DNA from: Ignavibacteriota bacterium
GTDB lineage: Bacteria; Bacteroidota; Ignavibacteria; Kapaibacteriales; UBA2268
Assembly: GCA_016219595.1 (NCBI GenBank)
Contig: JACRLY010000002.1
Coordinates: 18,190-82,189 of the forward strand
Reading direction: 5' to 3'
Length of the DNA: 64,000 nucleotides
A model generated the notes under the pieces. It made no database searches. It saw nothing but the letters and a program-made list of their open reading frames with translations, and had not been told where the DNA came from. Made by a program: the position numbers and the translations under genes. Shown here one piece after another: positions 9,852-18,684 of the stretch (its first letter is position 1; every line of letters begins with the position of its first letter).

Positions 9852-12800
9852 TTACCAGCTATTTCCAATTTTAATTTTAATTTCAAATTCCTTTTGATTA
9901 CGTGAAGAAGGCGTCGAATTATTTATTGATTTTGTCAACTGAAAGACAGAATTAAATGCCAATGGCAATGGGTATTCGATGCTAAATTCATTGTTGTTAG
10001 CAAAGTCTCCGACATTACCGCCGATTTTCCATTTTGTACCGTACAATTGACCGGTTAATTTTATAGTTGCCTGTTCCCAGGAACCTTTACCGAAATCGAT
10101 ATCGGCAGACTGAATAATACCTGTACCCTGCAACGCCTGTGTTAGAAATGAAGATGCTGCTGCAGACTGAGTATTGCCAAGGTCGATAAAATCTTTTGTC
10201 GAAGCACCATAGCTTGTAAGCTCTTCTTTTGTTTTTCCGGTAATGAGCATAAAGATAGCATCCTCTCTAATCTTTGAAGTATCGCCGGCGGCTTCCTTAT
10301 TATTAATGCTGTAACTAAAACGGATATTAGGTTTCTCTTTTGTTCCTGTAACGTAAAGTATGACAGAGTAATCCCTGGATTCATTTTCGATAGTTGTAGT
10401 ACCTTTGTATTCAGCGACAAGGTCTAAGCCTGGATTAGTCATGGTACCCGTAGGGAAAGCAATGCTGCCGTTAGTATTAAATTGTTTATAAAATTTCAAT
10501 GTTGAACCTTCTTTAACAATTATATCGCCATAAAATTTCGGTTCGGTTGTACCTCGCTTTAATACATAACGCAATGGCTGAGAAGGATCCTTAACACCGA
10601 TTTCCGCAAATAAAGTCTGCATAAAACCCATTTCCATGTTTACAAAGAAATTACCTTTAATCCTGATGTTTAGGTCATAATCTATTAAATCTGCAATATC
10701 TTTTTTTACTCCTTTTGATTCTGATTTAATTACTTTAGTTTCTGAAGAAGACTGTTTTATACTATCCATTATGGCGGTAATTCTAATGTAATTATTTTTT
10801 TCTTCATAACGGAAAGCAGATTTTCTCATTTGAGTGCTTGTTGTGTTTGGCATTTTAAGATTAGCATTTAACACATTAACATCGCCCTGTAAATATGGTT
10901 CGTCGAGTGTCCCGAAAAAGTTCAATGGTTCCGGTCCGGTAGAAATAATAAAATCGCCATATAAATTCGGCATCGATTTTACTGAAGATTGATTTAGGAC
11001 TTTTAAGCCGGGAGAATTAATTTGTATGTTTAAATCCCCGGGTTCAAAATCTGTTAGTTCGACTTCTCCGGTTATAATTGCCTTTCCGTTTCTCATGTCC
11101 TCGGGAAGATTGTACAGTTCAAGGTTTTTGAGAATTACAAGGTCAGGCTCAAGGTCGATTTTTCCTCTCGATTTATATGAGACATTTGTTGCCTTAACTG
11201 TGAAAGAAGCGTTTTTATATTGAACAGTTCCTGTTAGTTTAATATCATCGGGAGCGAATCCTCTAACTCTAAGTTCCGCATCAGCCTTTCCCCTGAGGGA
11301 GTCAAGAGCAGGAATGAATGGCGAAGCGAGTTCGAGAGGCAAATCATTCGATTTGATTGAAATATCAAATTCCTTATCACGACGCAATCTTTCTTTTACC
11401 GGATTTGCAGTTAGATTGAAAGGAAGTGACAAAATATCTAATGAAAGGATTTTCTTTGTAATTGAATCAATATTATTAATGACAACTAAATCGCCTGTAA
11501 TCAAGGAATCAGAGTGGCGAAGAAATCCGGAAAGGTCACCTATATATGTATTTCCATAATCAATATTCGAAGTATTTAATTTCATAGTCAGTCTCGGATT
11601 ATCCAATTTACCCCTGAAACTAACGGACAAAGAATCGACAATACCTTTTAAAGTTGAAAAATGTTTTCTGTTCTCATCGGGCATAAACAAAGCAATATCG
11701 GTCAAATTGAAATCCCTGATAATCAGATTTAGTTCGTTTGAATTTTCAGAATAAATTCCTGACAGGTTTAAAGATTCTGCATTAGCGCGTTTCAGAAGAA
11801 GTGATTTAATATCTATACCGTTTTTATCAATATACAAGTTAATTTTTTCGGGAGAAGTCCAAACTAATGAATCATGGAATGTATAACTTGTGCTGTCAAT
11901 ACCAATATCAAATCCGTTGTCTGCAAATTTAATTTTTCCATTGTTATAGATTTTTAAAATGTTATTGATATCTGAGGAAACAACAAAATCTGTATTATTA
12001 TCAGAATAAGCAAACGAAGCATAAGGTTGATAAAAAATTATATCGTTAACAAGGATGTCATTGCTTGCAACGAAATCCAGATTGATATTACTTATTGATG
12101 GCAGTGAATCAATTATGTTCATATTAATTTTGCCTTTGATTAAGACAGGTCTCGAAGAAATTTCGAATGTCGGTGCATCTATTTCAAATTCCCTGATACG
12201 TATAGAATCTATAGATAAGCTGCTAAGTTCAGGTTTACAATCCCAGGACAAATCAATACCAGAAATTGAATGTAGTTTCATATCTTTCAGAAATACTGCC
12301 AGTAAAGAAAGGTCTTTAATATCAGAATGAAACTCGAGATTCATCGGCTTGAATTTTTCCAATGCCGGCAAATGAATATTTGAAGAATCTTTCTCCCCCT
12401 GATTATTTTTCATAATATTTACTTTTGAAAGAACAAAGTCCGCAATTGTCAATCCCTGGACGGCGCCCATAGCAAATAAATTTTTATAAGTATATTCTCC
12501 CGAGAGAGTAGCATTCAAAAAGTCTGATTTTACAAATAAAGCTCTGGCACCTGCATTTCGGTTAGCTGTAATATTTATTGAGAATGGATTTAATGCCCTG
12601 TCACTGAATGCACAATCATAAATATCAGCAATTAAAATTGTATTGAGGCTGTCAGGATCGATGCCTTCTCCATTGAGAAAAATTTCACCGGATAAATATT
12701 CCGGTGCAAATGAATTTTTCGATAATGAGGCAGTATTTAAACCGTTAACACTCAAATTCAAAGAATAAACCGGTTTATTGAAATCAGCAAAGTTTAATCT

Positions 12801-14429
12801 GCCGGACAAAGAGATTTTTGAATAATCATCATATTCGGAAGACAGGGTATCGAAGATAAGTTTGTTGCTCAACTTTATATTCATTGTATCGACAAAGATA
12901 GTACCTTTTCCGTCGATTCTTGTATAAAGATTCAAAGAATTAAAATAATAATTCATGAGTTTTGAATTTGTAGAATTGATGCCTAATCTTAAAAACATAT
13001 TTTTCAATTCAATACCTGTTCCTGCAAAATCAATAGTAGAATTTAATGAGCTTGTTAAATCTGGATTACTCAAAATATTGGAAAGATTGAAATTTTCTGT
13101 TTTGAGATTTCCACTGTAAGTAAGAAGGTTTCTGAATCCGACACCAGCATTTCCAATTATTTTACCAAAACTGCAATTGACATCAATTTGCAGGGATATT
13201 GTATCACTTTTTCCATGTATTTCCGTATTATTTAGTGAAATTAAACCGAAATCGGGAACTGAAACCGAGTCTATGAAAGGAAGCCTTTTCATAAAATCGT
13301 TATAATCAACATTTGTTTCATCAATTTTTATAAAATAATCGAATTTATCAGGTTCAGTGAGGTGTTTAAGCCTGCCTGTAATATTCATCTCAGAGTCATC
13401 GAATTCAAGATTCAATTTTTTAATATTCAAATTATTAAGTGAGCCGTTTGCATCGAGCTCGAGAGCATAATCATCGGCGAGTTTAACAGGAATAGGAACG
13501 AGCATCATTATTTCGTCCATATTGACATTGTCTGCTTTTAATTTCAAAGTCAAAGGTGAATTGTTAAAATCAGGTTTTTTCTTGTCGCTGAAAACATTGA
13601 TTTTATCGAGCCTGGCTGATAAAGTAAGGCTATTTGATTTTGTATAAAGATTGAGAACTCTGATTTCAAGTTTTGATGTATCGGCAACTGCATCGATAAA
13701 CATGTTTTTTACGAGAAATCCCGAGTTGCGGTCCCTGAATTTCAAAGATTCGATTTTAGCAGAGTATGACGGCTCACCTAATTTCAATAAGCAATTTAAC
13801 TTGAGATTTAAATTTTCAAGATTCATATTGCCATAATCCAATTTACCGGTTTGCTGATGAGCTAAAGTTCCGTCATATACCTTAAGTTTTGCATTATTGA
13901 TTACTAATCTCTTTACTTCAACTACCCAGTCAGTTTTGCCGGTTGTAGTGTCTGTACTTGGTTTGGCTATATGTTCGAAATTCCAGGTGCTGTCTTTCTG
14001 ATTCCTGATTAGCTTTATTTTCGGTGATTCGAGATATATGTAATTAACCTTTGCTTTCTTAAGTAAAAGCGGACGAATATTAAAATTGACAACTACATCT
14101 CTGCAATAGACGACAGTGTCGCCGGCAGCAGTGAGACATACGTTTTTGAGTTCCAAACCACCCTTGAACGGATTAAGAATGACATCGGAAAATTCGAGTT
14201 TGCCATCGAGTTCATTGTTTACAAGTTCGAGAAGGTAGCCTGAGAGCCAGTGCCGGAAACCTTCTGTCTGGGAAAGCCCGATGAATGTAAGAGATATAAT
14301 GAAGAACAAAGCAATAACGACCAGGCAGACTTTAATAAAAGTACGCAGGAATCTCGTGAAGAGTGATTTCTTTTTCTTCTCCTCTTTTGGTTTTTTTACT
14401 ATATTTTCGTTTTGCTCTTCGCTCATCAA
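9852..14429 (-). CDS. tamB: TamB-like translocation and assembly module protein (AsmA-like/DUF490)
   Basis: 1525 aa. Lys-rich N-terminus followed by one TM helix (VCLVVIALFFIISLTFIGL), then a very long beta-rich repetitive body and a conserved C-terminal region. Size and topology fit TamB. Confidence 0.7.
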   Translation of the reverse strand: MMSEEQNENIVKKPKEEKKKKSLFTRFLRTFIKVCLVVIALFFIISLTFIGLSQTEGFRHWLSGYLLELVNNELDGKLEFSDVILNPFKGGLELKNVCLTAAGDTVVYCRDVVVNFNIRPLLLKKAKVNYIYLESPKIKLIRNQKDSTWNFEHIAKPSTDTTTGKTDWVVEVKRLVINNAKLKVYDGTLAHQQTGKLDYGNMNLENLNLKLNCLLKLGEPSYSAKIESLKFRDRNSGFLVKNMFIDAVADTSKLEIRVLNLYTKSNSLTLSARLDKINVFSDKKKPDFNNSPLTLKLKADNVNMDEIMMLVPIPVKLADDYALELDANGSLNNLNIKKLNLEFDDSEMNITGRLKHLTEPDKFDYFIKIDETNVDYNDFMKRLPFIDSVSVPDFGLISLNNTEIHGKSDTISLQIDVNCSFGKIIGNAGVGFRNLLTYSGNLKTENFNLSNILSNPDLTSSLNSTIDFAGTGIELKNMFLRLGINSTNSKLMNYYFNSLNLYTRIDGKGTIFVDTMNIKLSNKLIFDTLSSEYDDYSKISLSGRLNFADFNKPVYSLNLSVNGLNTASLSKNSFAPEYLSGEIFLNGEGIDPDSLNTILIADIYDCAFSDRALNPFSINITANRNAGARALFVKSDFLNATLSGEYTYKNLFAMGAVQGLTIADFVLSKVNIMKNNQGEKDSSNIHLPALEKFKPMNLEFHSDIKDLSLLAVFLKDMKLHSISGIDLSWDCKPELSSLSIDSIRIREFEIDAPTFEISSRPVLIKGKINMNIIDSLPSISNINLDFVASNDILVNDIIFYQPYASFAYSDNNTDFVVSSDINNILKIYNNGKIKFADNGFDIGIDSTSYTFHDSLVWTSPEKINLYIDKNGIDIKSLLLKRANAESLNLSGIYSENSNELNLIIRDFNLTDIALFMPDENRKHFSTLKGIVDSLSVSFRGKLDNPRLTMKLNTSNIDYGNTYIGDLSGFLRHSDSLITGDLVVINNIDSITKKILSLDILSLPFNLTANPVKERLRRDKEFDISIKSNDLPLELASPFIPALDSLRGKADAELRVRGFAPDDIKLTGTVQYKNASFTVKATNVSYKSRGKIDLEPDLVILKNLELYNLPEDMRNGKAIITGEVELTDFEPGDLNIQINSPGLKVLNQSSVKSMPNLYGDFIISTGPEPLNFFGTLDEPYLQGDVNVLNANLKMPNTTSTQMRKSAFRYEEKNNYIRITAIMDSIKQSSSETKVIKSESKGVKKDIADLIDYDLNIRIKGNFFVNMEMGFMQTLFAEIGVKDPSQPLRYVLKRGTTEPKFYGDIIVKEGSTLKFYKQFNTNGSIAFPTGTMTNPGLDLVAEYKGTTTIENESRDYSVILYVTGTKEKPNIRFSYSINNKEAAGDTSKIREDAIFMLITGKTKEELTSYGASTKDFIDLGNTQSAAASSFLTQALQGTGIIQSADIDFGKGSWEQATIKLTGQLYGTKWKIGGNVGDFANNNEFSIEYPLPLAFNSVFQLTKSINNSTPSSRNQKEFEIKIKIGNSW

Positions 14430-14535
14430 AAGGTGATGGCCTTCCTCCTTATTTAACCATTAAAATTACGAAACGTTTGATTATTAATTTTTCATTTATA
14501 TAATAAAAGGTTACAAATATAGTGCCACTATATTC

Positions 14536-14562
14536 AATTAATAATTAATAATTAATAATTAA
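14536..14562. repeat. heptanucleotide tandem repeat (AATTAAT) x ~4
   Basis: Read directly from caattaataattaataattaataattaag. Confidence 0.8.
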
Positions 14563-14654
14563 GATGCTTAGACTTTAGGGATTTAGTCTGTAGAATGTTA
14601 ATATAGAATCTGAAAGCTGAATTAAGATTGATTAACTGAGGAGATTGGAAAATT

Positions 14655-14725
14655 TGAAATGATGAAATTTAAAAAATGATAAAACCTCATCCTAAATCCC
14701 TCTCCAAAAGGAGAGGGACTTAAAG
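14655..14725. repeat. ~70-bp composite intergenic element ending in hairpin TCCCTCTCC-AAAA-GGAGAGGGA (14697-14718)
   Basis: TGAAATGATGAAATTTAAAA(AA)TGATAAAACCT...CCCTCTCC-N4-GGAGAGGG aligns nearly base for base with 17641-17706. It sits 10-17 nt downstream of the minus-strand stop at 14735. Confidence 0.75.
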
Positions 14726-14734
14726 GATACGTGT

Positions 14735-16741
14735 TTACCGATTTTGAATTATCACTCTCGTTGCCACCTGAGAGCCGTCACCGGATTTTATTATGATAAT
14801 ATAGATACCATCTTCTATGGGGGCATTGAGTTTGTTGGGAATGTCAATTGCTCCTGGTTCGAGTGTGGTGCTGAGCAAATGGGCTTTATGGGAGCCGTTG
14901 ATATCGAATAAATCGAATTCCAATTTTGTCTTTTTCAATAAATTGAATTTTAAGTTAAAAGAATTATTGGTAATAGGATTCGGGTAAACTGAAAGATTCT
15001 TAATATTGTCACTGCTTAATCTGCAGATATCAAAGTATGAATCTTTACCTTTTAGTGTTTCGCATGCCTTGTCTTCAGTGATTGCTCCTTTTTCGATTTG
15101 GTCGAGCAACTCGAGTTGAGTTGTAATACTTTTCTGATACCTATCGGGCAATGCTTCGATAAATTCTTTTGTAGGGACGTACCAAAGGATTGCAACAAAA
15201 TGAACAATTTTACTTGAGTCTTTATTATCAAATCTGTCAACGGAAATTTTGACCGGGACAAGCTTTTTCAATGTAGGCAATGTCCATCCAAAATCAGATA
15301 ATTTAAATTCTTTATTTATATCCATTTTATTTTCATTTAGAGAAAGTAATGGTGATTTCTCCATAGTAATAAGCTGATTTACTTCTGACTTTTCAAATTC
15401 TTTTATTTTTTCTATATATTCATAAAATAGTGAATAACTTGTAATAGCAACCGGAGCTATTTTTAAAGGTGATGGATTTTTTATACTGTCAAAAGTAATT
15501 GGAGTCATTGAAAAATTACCGGTTTTATCGCTAATGACCTCTAATCTGCTGTATTGCTTATCATTATTAATTTCTTCACACAGAACCTTAAAATTATAAC
15601 CAATAAAACCAATACCGATTCTTTTTAATTCTTCAATTGAAAGAGTCAGTGCTTTAATACTATCTGCTTTGTAAATATCTTCCTTGACATTTTTTATTGG
15701 TGCATATAATTCTTTATCTTTTTTAGTTGGTTCGATTTTATTTACATAAGTGATATTGTCTTTCAGAATATTCTTATATCTGTCCGGCAGTGAGTTAATC
15801 AATTTCTTCGATGCGACATACCAGATAATGTTTTCGGAGCCGTTTTCTTTTGGATTGCCTAGTGTGAAATATATTGGAATCAGTTTAGTAATATAGCTAT
15901 AACCTGAATCGCTGACATCAACAAAATCACTTATCTGTTCATCGAGTTTGCCCTGGAAAATATATTGATTTTTAAATCTGTCCATTTCCGGGAAAACTTT
16001 TCTTAAAGCTTCCTTTTCAATATTGTTTGCATCTGATAAACCCTGACCAGTAAAACCATAGCCGTTTTTTGATTTGTAGTGTCTATGAAAAACTATTGGA
16101 TTCAATTTGACATTTCCATAAGATTTCGATTCTTTGTATGGAATAACATCCATCTTTGATTTAAAGGTGTCAATTGTAAATTTTTCCTTAAATGTTAAGG
16201 TAGAATCAACCACATTATAGCCAAAATAAGGAAGCATCTTAATTTTTTGAGGGTCTAATTCTTCTTTAATTGGTGTTTCTGTGATTAGAGTATATCCACT
16301 GTCAGTTTTCACAAAACCGAGATTTTTTAATTCATCAGGATTCAATCTTATTATTGGAACTATGTTGTGAAAGGATTCAGGTGGATTTAAATGAGAATAA
16401 TCTTTGTACGCTTTTTCTTCCGATTTATTAAGCGTAAGATTTTTTCCAGAATTTAATGATTGAGATTGTGAAATAAGCTGTGTTTTGTTAGTTCCTTTTT
16501 GCGCCGGTTCATTGGCATTGAATAAGCCGGAACCGAAGTATAGACCGATGAGAACTGCTACGCCGGTAATAGACATAATGACACCCCTTTGAATGAATTT
16601 GTTTGATAATTTTATTAATTTCCCTGAGGGAATGATTGGCTTTGATTCAACCAAGGTTTGAAGTTGAGCTTGACTCATTAAATTCTGTGAGTCGAGAAAT
16701 CTATTTGCAGAATCGAAATATTCATGTAAGTTTTTTTTCAT
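14735..16741 (-). CDS. membrane-anchored protein in anti-sigma position, with internal duplication and T9SS C-terminal domain
   Basis: 668 aa. Its start overlaps the upstream sigma-gene stop by 4 nt. One TM segment at about aa 54-74. Two related modules, each ending in a WYV..K..I..LPDRY motif (aa ~305-322 and ~519-534). C-terminus LSVYPNPITNNSFNLKF...DGIYIIIIK...VIIQNR is CTD-like. Confidence 0.55.
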   Translation of the reverse strand: MKKNLHEYFDSANRFLDSQNLMSQAQLQTLVESKPIIPSGKLIKLSNKFIQRGVIMSITGVAVLIGLYFGSGLFNANEPAQKGTNKTQLISQSQSLNSGKNLTLNKSEEKAYKDYSHLNPPESFHNIVPIIRLNPDELKNLGFVKTDSGYTLITETPIKEELDPQKIKMLPYFGYNVVDSTLTFKEKFTIDTFKSKMDVIPYKESKSYGNVKLNPIVFHRHYKSKNGYGFTGQGLSDANNIEKEALRKVFPEMDRFKNQYIFQGKLDEQISDFVDVSDSGYSYITKLIPIYFTLGNPKENGSENIIWYVASKKLINSLPDRYKNILKDNITYVNKIEPTKKDKELYAPIKNVKEDIYKADSIKALTLSIEELKRIGIGFIGYNFKVLCEEINNDKQYSRLEVISDKTGNFSMTPITFDSIKNPSPLKIAPVAITSYSLFYEYIEKIKEFEKSEVNQLITMEKSPLLSLNENKMDINKEFKLSDFGWTLPTLKKLVPVKISVDRFDNKDSSKIVHFVAILWYVPTKEFIEALPDRYQKSITTQLELLDQIEKGAITEDKACETLKGKDSYFDICRLSSDNIKNLSVYPNPITNNSFNLKFNLLKKTKLEFDLFDINGSHKAHLLSTTLEPGAIDIPNKLNAPIEDGIYIIIIKSGDGSQVATRVIIQNR

Positions 16742-17301
16742 TGGTTTACTTCCTCAATCGAGAATAATAATTTTGAAGAGGTTTTTTCAACAGTCGTCTG
16801 ATTAGAAGAAACTCCAAGTAAAGAAGCCAGCTTCTTCTTTCCGCGATGAATCCTTACTTTAATCACTGCAACTGATGTATTTTGCACTTTTGCAATTTCT
16901 TTGTGCGAAAGTCCGACAATCTCTGCGAGAATGACGGCATCCTTTGTTTTTGATGATAGTTTATTCAGTGCTTCATATAATAAATGAATATCGGTTAAAT
17001 CCTCGGGAGAGGGCTTGTGGTCTATTAATTCATCAATATATGTCGTTGAAGTAGATGTTTTCTTCATTGATTTATCGTATTTGATTTTTTCGCGGTATGC
17101 AATTGTGAAAAGGTAGCTCAAAAATGTCTATTCATTTTTTAATGAATCAAAACTCTGATAGGCAATGAGAACAGTTTCGGATACTATGTCTTTTGCATCT
17201 TCTGTGCTTTGGGCAATAGACATAGCAAAGCGTTCCAATCTTTTATAAACCGGATTTAGCAGTTCCATAAATCGAACTTTCTTATCAGTTAATTTGTTCA
17301 T
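16738..17301 (-). pseudogene. ECF-type sigma-70 factor interrupted by one in-frame TAG (17130-17128)
   Basis: ATG at 17301 gives 57 codons (MNKLTDKKVRFMELLNPVYKRLERFAMSIAQSTEDAKDIVSETVLIAYQSFDSLKNE), then TAG. The same frame continues TFLSYLFTIAYRE... to the region-4 HTH (LSHKEIAKVQNTSVAVIKVRIHRGKKKL). Frame checked: 17301-17131 is 171 nt. Restored length would be ~187 aa, typical for ECF sigmas. Confidence 0.7.
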
Positions 17302-17361
17302 CAGAAATTTTGCCTTATTTTAACAGTAAGTGCAATTTAAGAGGAAAAGGTTAACAAAAAT

Positions 17362-17400
17362 AATTCATAATTCATAATTCACAATTCACAATTCACAATT
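17362..17400. repeat. heptanucleotide tandem repeat (AATTCAT)x2 (AATTCAC)x3, followed by TAGTTATTAG tail
   Basis: Read directly. The tail tagttattag also follows the heptamer array at 29687-29721. Confidence 0.8.
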
Positions 17401-17489
17401 AGTTATTAGGGAATTATTTTATGTGTTTAATGAAAAATGAAATTTTAATTGCGATTTCTTTTATTTATATCAGGTCTAATTGAAAATCT

Positions 17490-17557
17490 GTCATACTGAG
17501 CGAAGTCGAAGTATGACAACCTTGTATTAATCAGTCTTCGACTACGCTCAGACTGAC
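17490..17557. repeat. inverted pair of GTCATNCTGAGCGAAGTCGAAG-type units forming two hairpins with mutually complementary loops
   Basis: Hairpin 1: gtcatac/gtatgac with loop tgagcgaagtcgaa. Hairpin 2: tcagtc/gactga with loop ttcgactacgctca. The two loops are reverse complements at 13 of 14 positions. Confidence 0.7.
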
Positions 17558-17640
17558 AAAATATGTAATTTACAATTAGACTCAATATAATAATTCCACT
17601 TTAGGAAAGGGGAGAAATAATTTAAAATTTAAAATGAATA

Positions 17641-17706
17641 TGAAATGATGAAATTTAAAATGATAAAACCTTAGCTAATTCCCTCTCCCCGAGGAGAGGG
17701 AATTAG
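17641..17706. repeat. second copy of the ~70-bp composite element; 12-bp perfect hairpin AATTCCCTCTCC-CCGA-GGAGAGGGAATT (17677-17704)
   Basis: Aligns with 14655-14725. It lies 14 nt downstream of the minus-strand stop at 17720. Confidence 0.75.
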
Positions 17707-17719
17707 GAATTTAATGAGT

Positions 17720-18100
17720 TTATTTCACTTTAAATGAGACAGAACAAATCTCGAGTCCATTGTCGTCCGTGTCGTGCATACGGAAGTCATATTTACCGGA
17801 TTTTGATGGCGCGATGAAAGTAAGTGTTCCTTTTGTTTTGCCGCCCAGGTACTGGTAAGTAAGGTCATATTTATCGTTTTCAGCTTCACTCCCGTGCTTA
17901 ACATTAGAAGGAATAATACCAATCCAGGCATTGTTTTTCAATCCACTCACGGCTGTAAATTTTAATGTAATTGATTCACCCTGGGTGAATGTATTCTTAG
18001 ATATTTTAATTGTGTTTTTCCCTTTTGCTTCAACGTTTGTGTTTGTTAATGAAACAAACATTAAAAAAGCAAGGAGCAGGAATACTGTATATATTTTCAT
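17720..18100 (-). CDS. small exported protein, paralog A (Ig-like beta-sandwich suspected)
   Basis: 126 aa with a signal peptide. It shares the block NAWIGIIPSNVKHGSEAEND and the ...YDFR...D.NG.E..S.SF.VK tail with the adjacent gene. Confidence 0.6.
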   Translation of the reverse strand: MKIYTVFLLLAFLMFVSLTNTNVEAKGKNTIKISKNTFTQGESITLKFTAVSGLKNNAWIGIIPSNVKHGSEAENDKYDLTYQYLGGKTKGTLTFIAPSKSGKYDFRMHDTDDNGLEICSVSFKVK

Positions 18101-18145
18101 AATTACCCTTTCAAAATAATTTGATTTAATTATTAATAATATTAT

Positions 18146-18532
18146 TTATTTGACGACAAAAGAAATGGAGCCAAGTTCGACGCCATTTTCATCAGTAGAA
18201 TTCAATCTGAAGTCGTAATTTCCGGGTTGAGCAGGTGCTGTGAACATCATCGTACTTTTTGTTTTACCGTAGAGATACTGATAGGTAACATCATATTGGT
18301 CGTTTTCGGCTTCGCTTCCGTGCTTAACATTCGAAGGAATAATGCCAATCCAGGCATTGGTTTTCAATCCTTCTGGAGCATGGAAAATTAAATGAATGGT
18401 TTCGCCTGTTTTGAATTCCACTCTAGGAAGTGTGAAGTAATCGTTTGACAATTTCTTTTTATCACTGCAACTATTCAGCCCTATAAATAGTATAGCGAAA
18501 AATAAAACAAAAATAATCTTCACAATACTCAT
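18146..18532 (-). CDS. small exported lipoprotein-like protein, paralog B
   Basis: 128 aa. Signal with Cys (FIGLNSCSD). Tandem paralog of 17720-18100, with a 20-aa identical core. Confidence 0.6.
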   Translation of the reverse strand: MSIVKIIFVLFFAILFIGLNSCSDKKKLSNDYFTLPRVEFKTGETIHLIFHAPEGLKTNAWIGIIPSNVKHGSEAENDQYDVTYQYLYGKTKSTMMFTAPAQPGNYDFRLNSTDENGVELGSISFVVK

Positions 18533-18684
18533 AATAAACCTTTTTAGTGTTGATGAATAATTGATTTAGGTTAAATTAATAATAATTTATTAAATCACAA
18601 ATAGATTTTATTATTTGTTATAAATATGACATGGCTACGCGATTCATTTTTAACATTTTGGAGATTGTAAATTACTAATTGTGG

